DNA of 64,000 nt from Polyangiaceae bacterium (lineage in GTDB: Bacteria > Myxococcota_A > Polyangia > Polyangiales > Polyangiaceae), in the NCBI GenBank assembly GCA_044222475.1, contig JBGANF010000030.1:9532-73531 (forward strand). Reading direction: 5' to 3'. Positions 37,588 through 46,067 of this stretch are shown in pieces. The notes under the pieces were generated by a model. It was not told the origin of the DNA. It searched no databases and saw only the letters and a program-made list of their open reading frames with translations. The position numbers and the translations under genes were made by a program. Position 1 is the first letter of the stretch. Every line of letters starts with the position of its first letter.

Positions 37588-39372
37588 ATGCGCAGCACCC
37601 GCCTCGCCTTGGGCCTTCCGTTCGCTTTTCTTCTCGCGTGCGGCACTTCGTCGCCCAGTCCCTTCAACCCCGACGACGGCGGGACTCCGACCGACGGCAA
37701 CACCGGAAGCGACTCGCCGATCTTCTTCGGCGACGGAGGGACGGACGGCGCGCCGACGTGCACGAAGTGCTCGCCCGATCTGCACTCGGTGCTGGATTGC
37801 AACGACAACGTCATCACGACGTGCCAGGGCGACCAAGGCTGCGGGGCCGGCGGGACGTGCGTCCCCGCGTGCGACAGCGCAGCGCAGAACAAGAGCTCGA
37901 TCGGCTGCGACTACTATGCGATCCCAGCAGACGGCTGGAGCAACATCCCCGAGTTCAACGCCGGCACCAGCGACGGAAGCTGCTTCGCCGCGTTCGTTAC
38001 GAACACGTGGGGCTCGCCGATCAAGGTGGAGCTCGAGTTCAAGGGCCAGACGATCGACGCGACGCCGTTCTCGTACATCCCGAACGGCTCCGGCAACGCG
38101 ATCACCTACACGCAAGTGCCGAGCACCGGCATCCCGGCGAACCAGATGGCGATCGTGTTCCTCTCGCACTACGGGTCCACCGCGCTCTACAAGACGCTGT
38201 GCCCGCCGAGCGTGAAGCCCGCGATCACCACGGTGGACGTCGGCGTGCACGGTACCAACAAGGGACCGTCGATCCGGTTGAAGACGAGCGTCCCCTCGGT
38301 CGTCTACGACATCTATCCGTACGGAGGCGCGGCGACGTACACCGCGAGCGCGACGCTTCTTCTCCCGACGAGCGTGTGGGACACGAACTACCTCGCCGTC
38401 TCGGCGTGGAACCCGATCCAGCAGTACAAGTGGCCGATGAACGTCGGTGTCGTCGCTCAGCAGGACGGCACGCAGGTGACGATCTCGCCGACGAACGCCA
38501 TCGTCGCGCGCGGGACGATCGCGGGCACCGCGAAGGGCGTGCCGATCACGTACAACTTGAACAAGGGCGAGCTCCTGCAGTTCGCGCAGCTCAGCGAGCT
38601 GAGCGGCAGCCCGATCCAATCGAACTTCCCAGTCGGCCTCTGGGGTGGGCACTACTGCATGAACATCCCGGACACGTCGGGGGCGTGCGACGCGGCTCAC
38701 CAGCAGATCCCGCCGGTGAAGGCGCTCGGCAGCGAGTACGTCGCCGTGGCGCACCGGCCGCGGAGCGTCAGCGACAACCCGCCGTGGCGTCTGCTCGGCG
38801 CGGTCGACGGCACGACGCTCTCGTACGATCCGCCGGTGCCGGGCGCGCCGACGACCGTGGCGAGCGGACAGCTCGTGGAGTTCCCGGCGACCGGGCCGTT
38901 CGTCGTCAAATCGCAGGACGACAAGCACCCGTTCTACCTGGCCGGCCACATGACCGGCGCGAGCGCGGGCGGCAACGGCCTCATGGGCGACCCCGAGACG
39001 GTCAACGTCGTCCCGCCGCAACAGTTCCTTGCAAGTTACATCTTCTTCACCGACCCGACCTACGGCGAGACGAACCTGGTGCTCGTGAGGAAGAAGACGT
39101 CGAACGGCTTCCGCGACGTGACGCTCGACTGCGGCGGCGTGGTCACCGGCTGGGCGGCGATCGGCGCGACGGACTACCAGTGGGCGCGCGTCGATCTGCA
39201 GAAGGGCAAACAGAAGGTCGGCACGTGCGACAACGGCCGTCACGAGATCAAGAGCGACGCGCCGTTCGGCATCACGGTGTGGGGCTTCGACACGACGGTG
39301 AGCTACGCGTACCCGGCGGGGGCGAGCGTGAGGCCGATCAACAACGTCATCGTGCCGCCGACGCCGAAGTAG
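37588..39372 (+). CDS. IgGFc-binding-domain lipoprotein
   Basis: Lipobox LLAC; SIGCDYYA, ASATLLLPTSVW, QQIPPVKALGSEY, GDPE, SYAYPAG. Confidence 0.85.
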   Translation: MRSTRLALGLPFAFLLACGTSSPSPFNPDDGGTPTDGNTGSDSPIFFGDGGTDGAPTCTKCSPDLHSVLDCNDNVITTCQGDQGCGAGGTCVPACDSAAQNKSSIGCDYYAIPADGWSNIPEFNAGTSDGSCFAAFVTNTWGSPIKVELEFKGQTIDATPFSYIPNGSGNAITYTQVPSTGIPANQMAIVFLSHYGSTALYKTLCPPSVKPAITTVDVGVHGTNKGPSIRLKTSVPSVVYDIYPYGGAATYTASATLLLPTSVWDTNYLAVSAWNPIQQYKWPMNVGVVAQQDGTQVTISPTNAIVARGTIAGTAKGVPITYNLNKGELLQFAQLSELSGSPIQSNFPVGLWGGHYCMNIPDTSGACDAAHQQIPPVKALGSEYVAVAHRPRSVSDNPPWRLLGAVDGTTLSYDPPVPGAPTTVASGQLVEFPATGPFVVKSQDDKHPFYLAGHMTGASAGGNGLMGDPETVNVVPPQQFLASYIFFTDPTYGETNLVLVRKKTSNGFRDVTLDCGGVVTGWAAIGATDYQWARVDLQKGKQKVGTCDNGRHEIKSDAPFGITVWGFDTTVSYAYPAGASVRPINNVIVPPTPK

Positions 39373-40010
39373 TGCGCTGGAGGCTCCATTCGGGTGCGAC
39401 GATCGCGTCGATCGTCGACGTGCTGCGAGAGTGGCGAACGTACCGCGAGTGGAAACCCACCGAGCTGGTCGCGTGGCAGCACCCGCCGTGCGATGCGTCG
39501 GGTCGTGCGCACGAAGGCACGGACATCGAGTACCGCTGGCGACCGGAGGGCCCGAAGGTCGTCCTGCGCCCGCTCGGCTCTGCGCGGAGGCACGCGGCGC
39601 TCTTGGAGGACGTTGGGTATCGGCTCGTCGGGCACGACTACGAGCGTCACTTCCCGCCGCAGCGGGATCCATGGTCGCACTTCGGGCGAGTGCTCGAGTC
39701 GATCCGGTGGAGCCACGTCGTGTTCAACGCGCAGCGACGGGTCGTGCACGGCGACCTGCGCTTCCTGTCCGACATCAGGTTCGATTGCGAGCACCGGCGC
39801 ACCCCTGGGCGCCGAGTGTGGGTCGAGCTGAGCGCGCCGCTACCGCTCGACGCGCGACGCGCCATCCTGGACGAGCTGGGACCTTCCTACACGCCGAACA
39901 CGAGCCCCCAAGGTTGGACGTTCGTCCACCGCTCGATGCGCACCGAGGCCGAGGTGCGAACGGTGCGGCGAGAGCTCGAACGCTGGATGCTGCGAAGGCG
40001 GGGTCGGTGA
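39372..40010 (+). CDS. Hypothetical protein
   Basis: GTG abutting the upstream stop; 212-aa frame filling the gap; no recognisable motif. Confidence 0.5.
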   Translation: MRWRLHSGATIASIVDVLREWRTYREWKPTELVAWQHPPCDASGRAHEGTDIEYRWRPEGPKVVLRPLGSARRHAALLEDVGYRLVGHDYERHFPPQRDPWSHFGRVLESIRWSHVVFNAQRRVVHGDLRFLSDIRFDCEHRRTPGRRVWVELSAPLPLDARRAILDELGPSYTPNTSPQGWTFVHRSMRTEAEVRTVRRELERWMLRRRGR

Positions 40011-40014
40011 GACG

Positions 40015-40275
40015 CTAAGCGACGCGCGCCCGGCGCTGGTGGGTCACGGTGGCCTCCAGGAAGCTCATCAGCTCGCCCACCGTGTCGACCCGTCCCAGCT
40101 GTTCGACGGGTACCGCGACACCCGCGATGTCTTCGAGGTCGAGGGCGATCAAGACGAGCTCGAGCGGGGTGACGTCGAGGTCTCGCCCCAGGCGCTGGGA
40201 TGCGAGGATCGACGCGGGGTGCCGGTTCAGGTGGTGGGCGAGGAGTCCGCGGACGACTTCGTTCACGTTGTGCAT
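40015..40275 (-). CDS. Acyl-carrier-protein-like small protein lacking the conserved Ser
   Basis: GAGAAGGA RBS; LGRDLDVTPLELVLIALDLED...TVGEL follows the ACP pattern, but DSL is replaced by TPL. Confidence 0.65.
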   Translation of the reverse strand: MHNVNEVVRGLLAHHLNRHPASILASQRLGRDLDVTPLELVLIALDLEDIAGVAVPVEQLGRVDTVGELMSFLEATVTHQRRARVA

Positions 40276-40407
40276 GGCTGTTCCTTCTCTCGGTGACTCC
40301 CCGGATTCCTGGGGACAGCACGCGAAGGTCGCCGTCGATTCCCATGGAAACGTTTGCCGACAATCGTCATCGCGCGACGAATCGTCGCGCGCGGGGCGAC
40401 CGCGTCG

Positions 40408-40497
40408 GCTTCCGCTTCCGCTTCCGCTTCCGCTTCCGCTTCCGCTTCCGCTTCCGCTTCCGCTTCCGCTTCCGCTTCCGAGTCCGAGTCCGAGTCC
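40408..40497. repeat. Hexanucleotide tandem array (GCTTCC)12(GAGTCC)3
   Basis: Read directly; ends exactly at the GTCCCA-GTT-TGGGAC palindrome (40498-40512). Confidence 0.95.
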
Positions 40498-40542
40498 GTC
40501 CCAGTTTGGGACGTGTGATGCTTGGGACATCCTCCGGTCGCT

Positions 40543-40718
40543 AGTGCCTACCCTGCCTCGCTCGGCCGTTCGATCGTGCCACGGTGCTCGGCCGGTTCAA
40601 GGCCAAGCCGCCTTCGGCGGTGGCGCGCGAAGCGCGCGCCAGCCTTGAGCCGGCCTGCGCGCCGTGGCGAGGCGAACGTGCCTTCGCGCGGGTGCGCCGG
40701 GGGCAAAGGAGAACCACC
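40543..40718 (+). ncRNA. Candidate structured 5' leader (copy 1) of a four-helix-bundle gene
   Basis: Nested stems 40567-72/40673-78, 40578-87/40659-68 and 40592-603/40642-53, capped by hairpins 40608-20 and 40621-41; conserved with compensatory changes in copy 2. Confidence 0.65.
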
Positions 40719-41033
40719 ATGTTGCAGATTCAAGTGTTTGCTCTCGAAACCGTCCGCTCTTTGGCTCCCGTCGTCCGGGAGGTTTCGGCTCAGGACCCGG
40801 ACTTGGGGCGCCAGCTTCGGCGCGCGGCCTCCAGCATCGTCCTCAACATCGCCGAGGGGCACGGCTCCCGGGACGGCGTCTCGCGGCAGCGCTTCCGCAC
40901 GGCCCTCGGCTCCACTCGCGAAACCGCTGCCGCTCTCGAGCTCGCTGCAGCCTGGGGCTTCACCCGGCGCGACGAACGCATCGTCGACGCTCTCGACCGC
41001 ATCGCAGCAACCCTGCATCGTCTCACGCACTGA
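40719..41033 (+). CDS. Four-helix-bundle protein (23S rRNA IVP/Avd-like family), copy 1
   Basis: AAGGAG RBS; QLRRAASSIVLNIAEG...RFRTALGSTRET family signature; 104 aa. Confidence 0.88.
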   Translation: MLQIQVFALETVRSLAPVVREVSAQDPDLGRQLRRAASSIVLNIAEGHGSRDGVSRQRFRTALGSTRETAAALELAAAWGFTRRDERIVDALDRIAATLHRLTH

Positions 41034-41039
41034 AGGTTG

Positions 41040-41068
41040 GCGGGGCCCGCGCGGTGCGGGGGCCCCGC
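41040..41068. terminator. GC-rich hairpin between the convergent four-helix-bundle genes
   Basis: gcggggccc-gcgcggtgcgg-gggccccgc. Confidence 0.6.
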
Positions 41069-41074
41069 TTCCTG

Positions 41075-41389
41075 TCACGCCGCCAACCGGTAGAGCGTTC
41101 CCGCGATGCGATCGAGCGCCGCGAGCACTTGCTCGTCCCGTTCGACGTAGCCCCATGCTGCCGCGAGCTCCAGGGCCGCCATCGTTTCCCTGGTGGAGCC
41201 GAAGGCGCTTCGGAAGCGCAGCCGCGAGTTGCCGTTCCGGTGTCCTGAGCCTTCCGCGATGTTGAGGACGATGCTGGACGCCGCGCGCCGCAGCTGCCGC
41301 CCGAGGTCTGGATCCTGAGCGGTGATTTCCTTCACCGCGGGAGCCAACGACTGAACCGTATCGAGAGCGAAACCCTGAATTCTGAGCAT
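41075..41389 (-). CDS. Four-helix-bundle protein (23S rRNA IVP/Avd-like family), copy 2
   Basis: AAGGAG RBS; QLRRAASSIVLNIAEG...RFRSAFGSTRET; 104 aa; 77/104 identical to copy 1 by manual count. Confidence 0.88.
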   Translation of the reverse strand: MLRIQGFALDTVQSLAPAVKEITAQDPDLGRQLRRAASSIVLNIAEGSGHRNGNSRLRFRSAFGSTRETMAALELAAAWGYVERDEQVLAALDRIAGTLYRLAA

Positions 41390-41563
41390 GGTGTTCTCCT
41401 TTGCCCCGGCGCACCTGCGCGAAGGCACGTTCGCCGCGCCATCGCGCGCAGGCGCTGTCAAGGCTGGCGCGCGCTTCGCGCGCCACCGCCGAAGGCGGCT
41501 TGGCCTTGATAGCGCCGAGCACGATGGCACGATCGAACGGCCGAGCGAGGCACAGTAAGCACT
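41390..41563 (-). ncRNA. Candidate structured 5' leader (copy 2)
   Basis: Inverted homolog of 40543-40718; identical core caaggccaagccgccttcggcggtggcgcgcgaagcgcgcgccagccttga. Confidence 0.65.
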
Positions 41564-41619
41564 GCGCGCCGGAGAGCGCCGCGAGTGCCTCATGTCCCAC
41601 ATTGGGACACCCGAGCTCC

Positions 41620-41703
41620 GCTTCCGCTTCCGCTTCCGCTTCCGCTTCCGCTTCCGCTTCCGCTTCCGCTTCCGCTTCCGCTTCCGACTCCGCTTCCGCT
41701 TCC
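41620..41703. repeat. Hexanucleotide tandem array (GCTTCC)11 GACTCC (GCTTCC)2
   Basis: Read directly; about 10 bp from the palindrome TGTCCCA-CAT-TGGGACA (41593-41609). Confidence 0.95.
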
Positions 41704-41722
41704 GTGTCGTACACTCCCCGCG

Positions 41723-42874
41723 ATGGACGTCACGTCGCTCCCCGACTTCCGCCTCGAGGTCTTCCTCGGCAAATGGGAGTTCGCCGCCAAACATCACATG
41801 ACCGCCTCCGACGCCGAGTCGACGACGGTGGGCGACCTCCTCGCCCTCGAACCAGGCTCCCGCGAGCGCCTCCTCGCGCTCGACCTGAAGTACGTCCCCA
41901 CGTGGGGCACCGACGAGCTCCGCGCCGCCATCGCCGCCACCTACGAGACGATCGATCCGCGCGACGTCCTCGCGTTCGCCGGCGCCGAAGAGGCGCTCTT
42001 CTGGGCCATCGCCGAGGCCGTCGGCCCCGGTGACCACGCGATCGTGACCGTCCCGAACTACCAGTCCATGGAGTCCGTCGCGCTCGCGACCGGCGCTCGC
42101 ATCGAAGGCCTCGTTCTCCGCCCAGAGAACGCGTTCGTCCCCGACCCCGCCGAGCTCGTGCGCATGATCCGACCGACGACGAAGCTCGTCTGCCTGAATT
42201 TCCCCAACAACCCCACCGGGGCCGTCCCACGAAGGGACGTCTTCGTCGAGCTCGTCGCCGAGTGCGATCGCCGCGGCGTCCGCGTCTTCTCCGACGAGGT
42301 CTACCGAGGCCTCGAGCTCGATGCGTCGAAGACGTTGCCTCAAGCGGCCGACCTCTCCGAGCGAGCGCTCTCCCTGAACGTCACCTCCAAGTCGTACGGC
42401 CTCCCCGGGCTCCGTGTCGGTTGGCTCGCGACCCGCGACCGCGCGTTCCTCGATCGCGTCGAGCGGCGCAAGCACTACACGTCCATCTGCAATGCCGGCC
42501 CGAGCGAGCTGCTCGCCGCCATCGCGCTACGCAACGCCCACCCCCTCCAATCCCGCTGCCGCGAGCTCCTCCGAGCCAACGTCGCGGTGGCGACCGAGTT
42601 CTTCCGCGAGCACCGCGCGCTGTTCGAGTTCTCGCCCCCCGCGGGTGGCTGCGTGTGCTTCCCGCGGTACCTCGGCGACGAGGGCGTCGAGGTCTTCGTC
42701 GAGCAGCTCCTCCACCGCGAGGGCGTCGTGCTCCTCCCTGCGAGCCTGTACCAGTCCCAACTTGGTACCGTCCCGGCAGACCGCTTTCGCCTCGGTCTCG
42801 GGCGCAAGGGCGTCGCGGACGGATTCGCGGCGATCGCGCGCCACCTGGCGAGCCGCGGCAGTCCGCGCGCCTGA
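41723..42874 (+). CDS. Class I/II PLP-dependent aminotransferase
   Basis: NFPNNPTG, FSDEVY, SKSYGLPGLRVGW, RFRLG. Confidence 0.92.
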   Translation: MDVTSLPDFRLEVFLGKWEFAAKHHMTASDAESTTVGDLLALEPGSRERLLALDLKYVPTWGTDELRAAIAATYETIDPRDVLAFAGAEEALFWAIAEAVGPGDHAIVTVPNYQSMESVALATGARIEGLVLRPENAFVPDPAELVRMIRPTTKLVCLNFPNNPTGAVPRRDVFVELVAECDRRGVRVFSDEVYRGLELDASKTLPQAADLSERALSLNVTSKSYGLPGLRVGWLATRDRAFLDRVERRKHYTSICNAGPSELLAAIALRNAHPLQSRCRELLRANVAVATEFFREHRALFEFSPPAGGCVCFPRYLGDEGVEVFVEQLLHREGVVLLPASLYQSQLGTVPADRFRLGLGRKGVADGFAAIARHLASRGSPRA

Positions 42875-43336
42875 TCAGCGCAACGACCGCACGAACGGTG
42901 CGACCCACGCCGCGCACGCGTCCGCGTCACCGTCGGCGCAGGGGCCGTTCTTCGTCCCCGGCTCGAGCATCGCGGACGTGACCCGACCGTCGGCGTCGAC
43001 GCCCCGGAACGCGTGCCAAAAGCCGCGCGCTCCCGACGTCTCCAGGGTCGCGCCGTCGACCTCGATCACCCAGGTCCCTCGGAGCGCGCCGCGCATCGGC
43101 GGCGTGTCACGCAGCGCGACGAGCTCGGCGCTCGCCATCGTGTAGGGAGCGCTGAAGTAGATCACCGGCACGAGCCCGCGCGCCCGCGCCCCTCGCGCCG
43201 AGGCCGCGACGACCGCATCGACGTCGACGCGGCTCCCGTCGACGACTTGCCATCGCGAAGAGGGCGGGCTCTCGTCCGGAACCCGCTCGTCGCGCCCGCA
43301 CGACGCGAGGAAGAGCACCGCCATCGCGAACCGCAT
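42875..43336 (-). CDS. Lipoprotein, possibly a degenerate thioredoxin-like fold
   Basis: Lipobox LASC; GLVPVIYFSAPYTMAS resembles a WCxxC strand without the cysteines. Confidence 0.55.
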   Translation of the reverse strand: MRFAMAVLFLASCGRDERVPDESPPSSRWQVVDGSRVDVDAVVAASARGARARGLVPVIYFSAPYTMASAELVALRDTPPMRGALRGTWVIEVDGATLETSGARGFWHAFRGVDADGRVTSAMLEPGTKNGPCADGDADACAAWVAPFVRSLR

Positions 43337-43381
43337 GCCCTGCCCAACCCGGCTCTCGCCGGGTTGCTTCCCGACACGCGA

Positions 43382-44119
43382 TCACGGCGCAGGGTGACAA
43401 CGCACGCCGTCGAGCACGCAGGCCTTCGGCGGCGGCGGAATCAGAGGAGGGACCGACGTCGGCGGGCACACGACGCCCTTCGGAAACAATCGCGCGGCCG
43501 TGCAGCGCTTGGCCACGCGGGGAGCGCACACGTCGGGCTCGACCGAGGCGAGAGTCCCTCGCGGCGCGCTCGTCGCGTCGTAGACGTACCAGCCGTCTTG
43601 CGCGTTCCCGGTCACGAGCGCGCACCCTGCCCACGCTCCGCACACCAGTGCCGGCAGGCACCGCTGCTCGTCGGCGACGAACCCAGGTCCGCCGTCGGCG
43701 CCTTCCCACGTGGCCTCGCACCGCCCCGTCCGACAGATGGCGTGCGTCGGCCCCATCGGGCACGCGAGCGCAGGGCAATCACCCTGGGGTCGCGCACCGC
43801 AGAAGAGCTGGAGCTCGGCGTACCAAGCCCGCGTGCCCGGCGTCGTCCCGCACGCCGCGCAGCAGACGTTCTTGCCCGAGACCTCGACGCGCGCGACCGC
43901 ACACTCGTCGTCGCGGGTGCACGCGCGAGCGACCGGCGGGGGTCCGGCCGACGCGTCCGGCAGGGCGGCTGGCGCGACGGGAGCCGCCGCTTCCACCGTC
44001 ACGCCAGCGTCCGCGATCGCGGTCGGCGTCGCCGCCTCCCGCGCCTCGGGGGTCGCGTTGGGGGCGCGACACGCCAGGAGAACGGCTGCACAAGCGGCCC
44101 ATGGAAGACGTTTCGCCAT
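43382..44119 (-). CDS. Cys-rich lipoprotein
   Basis: Lipobox LLAC; CTRDDEC...CCAAC...CPALAC...CRTGRC. Confidence 0.7.
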   Translation of the reverse strand: MAKRLPWAACAAVLLACRAPNATPEAREAATPTAIADAGVTVEAAAPVAPAALPDASAGPPPVARACTRDDECAVARVEVSGKNVCCAACGTTPGTRAWYAELQLFCGARPQGDCPALACPMGPTHAICRTGRCEATWEGADGGPGFVADEQRCLPALVCGAWAGCALVTGNAQDGWYVYDATSAPRGTLASVEPDVCAPRVAKRCTAARLFPKGVVCPPTSVPPLIPPPPKACVLDGVRCHPAP

Positions 44120-44178
44120 GACTACGGAAAAGCGTACCCCATCCGTAATGCCCGGCGGGGGCCTGCGTCTGCTGGGAC

Positions 44179-45546
44179 ATGAACCCCCACTGCTCCACTC
44201 ACCTCGCCGCCCCGTCCACCTCCACCCTCGCCCAGGACCTCGCCGCGCTGCACCGCGCGAAGAGCGGTCCGGCGCCCAAGCCCTCGCTCCGCGCACCGCA
44301 GGAGGTCCGCTTCGAGCTCGAGGCTCGCGAGACCCAGTGGGAGATCTCCCCTGGGACGTCGGTCTCGGCGTGGGGCTACCAGGGCTCGGTGCCCGGTCCG
44401 ATCCTCGTCGGCCACGTGGGCGACGTCCTCGTCGTGCGTCTCACGAACCACCTCCCCGAGCCGACGCTGATTCACTGGCACGGGCTCCGAATCCCGGCCG
44501 CCATGGATGGTACCGAATCGGTACAGAGGCTCGTGCAACCGGGCGAGACCTTCGAGTACCGCTTCACGCTGCCGGACGCCGGCACGTTCTGGTACCACTC
44601 GCACGCGAACGAGACGGTGCAGATGGAGCGAGGGCTCTATGGCGCGCTCGTCGTCCTCGGGCCGGACGAGCCGACGTTCGACGCCGATCGCGTCCTCATG
44701 CTCGACGACCTGAAGCTCGATGGCAGCGGCCAGATCGCGAAGCCCTGGCTCTTCGATCGCCACACCGGGCGCGAGGGCGACATCACGTTGATCAGCGGAC
44801 GCAACGAGCCGGAGCTCGTGCTCCCCGCCGGCCACGTCGAACGCTGGCGCATCGTGAACGCGAGCAACGCCCGCTACGTGAGGCTCTCTCTCGGAGGGCG
44901 ACCGTTCCGCATCATCGGGAGCGACGGCGGTCTGCGATCGTCCGAGGTCACCACGACCGAGACCCTGCTCACGCCTGGCGATCGCGTCGAGATCGTCGTC
45001 GGTCCGTTCGACGACGAAGGCAGCGTCATCGCCATCGAGTCGCTCCCCTACCGGCGCACCGCGATGAAACGCCCGCGTCGCGTCTCCTTCGGTACCCTGC
45101 GCATCGGCCCCCGCGAGCCGTCGCGCGCCGCCATCCCGGTCGGCTTCGACTCGATCGAGCCGCTGGTCACCGGCGACGTGATCCCGAACCGCACGATCCG
45201 GCTCGGCGCGAAGATGACGTTCCACGGTCACGACTGGCTCATCAACGGCGAGCAACACCATCAGGATGCGCCGGTGAAGGTCGGCGAGCTCCAGGTCTGG
45301 GAGATCGTCAACGACACGGGCATGGACCACCCGTTCCACCTGCACGGCTTCTTCTTCCAGGTCGTGGCGGTGGACGGAGTCGCGACCACGCCGCAGTCGT
45401 GGGAGGACACGGTGAACGTCGTCGGCAAGGGCCGCGTCACGATCGCGTTCCGCGCCGACGACCGCCCCGGCCAGTGGATGTACCACTGCCACATCCTCGA
45501 GCATCACGCGGCGGGCATGATGGCGCACTTCGAGGTCGTGCGCTGA
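44179..45546 (+). CDS. Multicopper oxidase
   Basis: All four copper motifs: HWHG, WYHSH, HPFHLHG, HCHILEH-x4-M. Confidence 0.95.
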   Translation: MNPHCSTHLAAPSTSTLAQDLAALHRAKSGPAPKPSLRAPQEVRFELEARETQWEISPGTSVSAWGYQGSVPGPILVGHVGDVLVVRLTNHLPEPTLIHWHGLRIPAAMDGTESVQRLVQPGETFEYRFTLPDAGTFWYHSHANETVQMERGLYGALVVLGPDEPTFDADRVLMLDDLKLDGSGQIAKPWLFDRHTGREGDITLISGRNEPELVLPAGHVERWRIVNASNARYVRLSLGGRPFRIIGSDGGLRSSEVTTTETLLTPGDRVEIVVGPFDDEGSVIAIESLPYRRTAMKRPRRVSFGTLRIGPREPSRAAIPVGFDSIEPLVTGDVIPNRTIRLGAKMTFHGHDWLINGEQHHQDAPVKVGELQVWEIVNDTGMDHPFHLHGFFFQVVAVDGVATTPQSWEDTVNVVGKGRVTIAFRADDRPGQWMYHCHILEHHAAGMMAHFEVVR

Positions 45547-45614
45547 GTCGGGGGGTGACGTGTTCGTCGCAAATTGTCGCCGAGGTGAGCCCAAATCGGG
45601 ACTATCGTCGGGGC

Positions 45615-46067
45615 ATGTCGGCTCACGTTCCCCGTCGCGTCTTCGCCGCTCCGTTCGTCGCCACCGTCACCGTAGGTCTTGGGACGCTGGGCGCCGCTGC
45701 GTGCAACGGCGCGGGCGCGACGCCGCCCGCTCAGCAACCGGAGACGACCGCGAGCGCTGCTCCGTCGGCGACGACCTCGTCGGCGCCGGCCGATCCCCCG
45801 CTCGGCGCGGCCTCGTGGAAGGTCACGAAGGTGGGCTCCGAGTGCGAGGCGGACCGAGAGGTCGTCTGCAACACGAGCATGCCCTGCACGCCGCACCCGA
45901 AGAAGTACGCGTGCCCGCCCGAGGTCACCCGGTACCCCACGACCGTCGCCCGGAAGGCCGGCGCCACCGACTGCACGGTACGCGTCGTGCCCGACATGAG
46001 CTGCCCGCCCAACGTGAACTGCAACCCGCCTCCGCCGCACGACGTGACCGTTCCGTGTCCTCCGTGA
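45615..46067 (+). CDS. Cys/Pro-rich lipoprotein
   Basis: APFVATV...AAAC lipobox; CPPNVNCNPPPP. Confidence 0.7.
   Translation: MSAHVPRRVFAAPFVATVTVGLGTLGAAACNGAGATPPAQQPETTASAAPSATTSSAPADPPLGAASWKVTKVGSECEADREVVCNTSMPCTPHPKKYACPPEVTRYPTTVARKAGATDCTVRVVPDMSCPPNVNCNPPPPHDVTVPCPP

Noticed and set aside
40408..41703. CRISPR array or complete DGR
   Set aside because: The repeats are spacer-less hexamers. There is no cas gene, reverse transcriptase or TR/VR pair with adenine-specific mismatches in the window.
40015..41801. ORF-track proteins with GSGSGS, LPLPLP, FRFRFR, EAEAEA or KRKRKR runs
   Set aside because: These are translations of the GCTTCC arrays; the real genes start downstream (40275, 40719, 41389, 41723).
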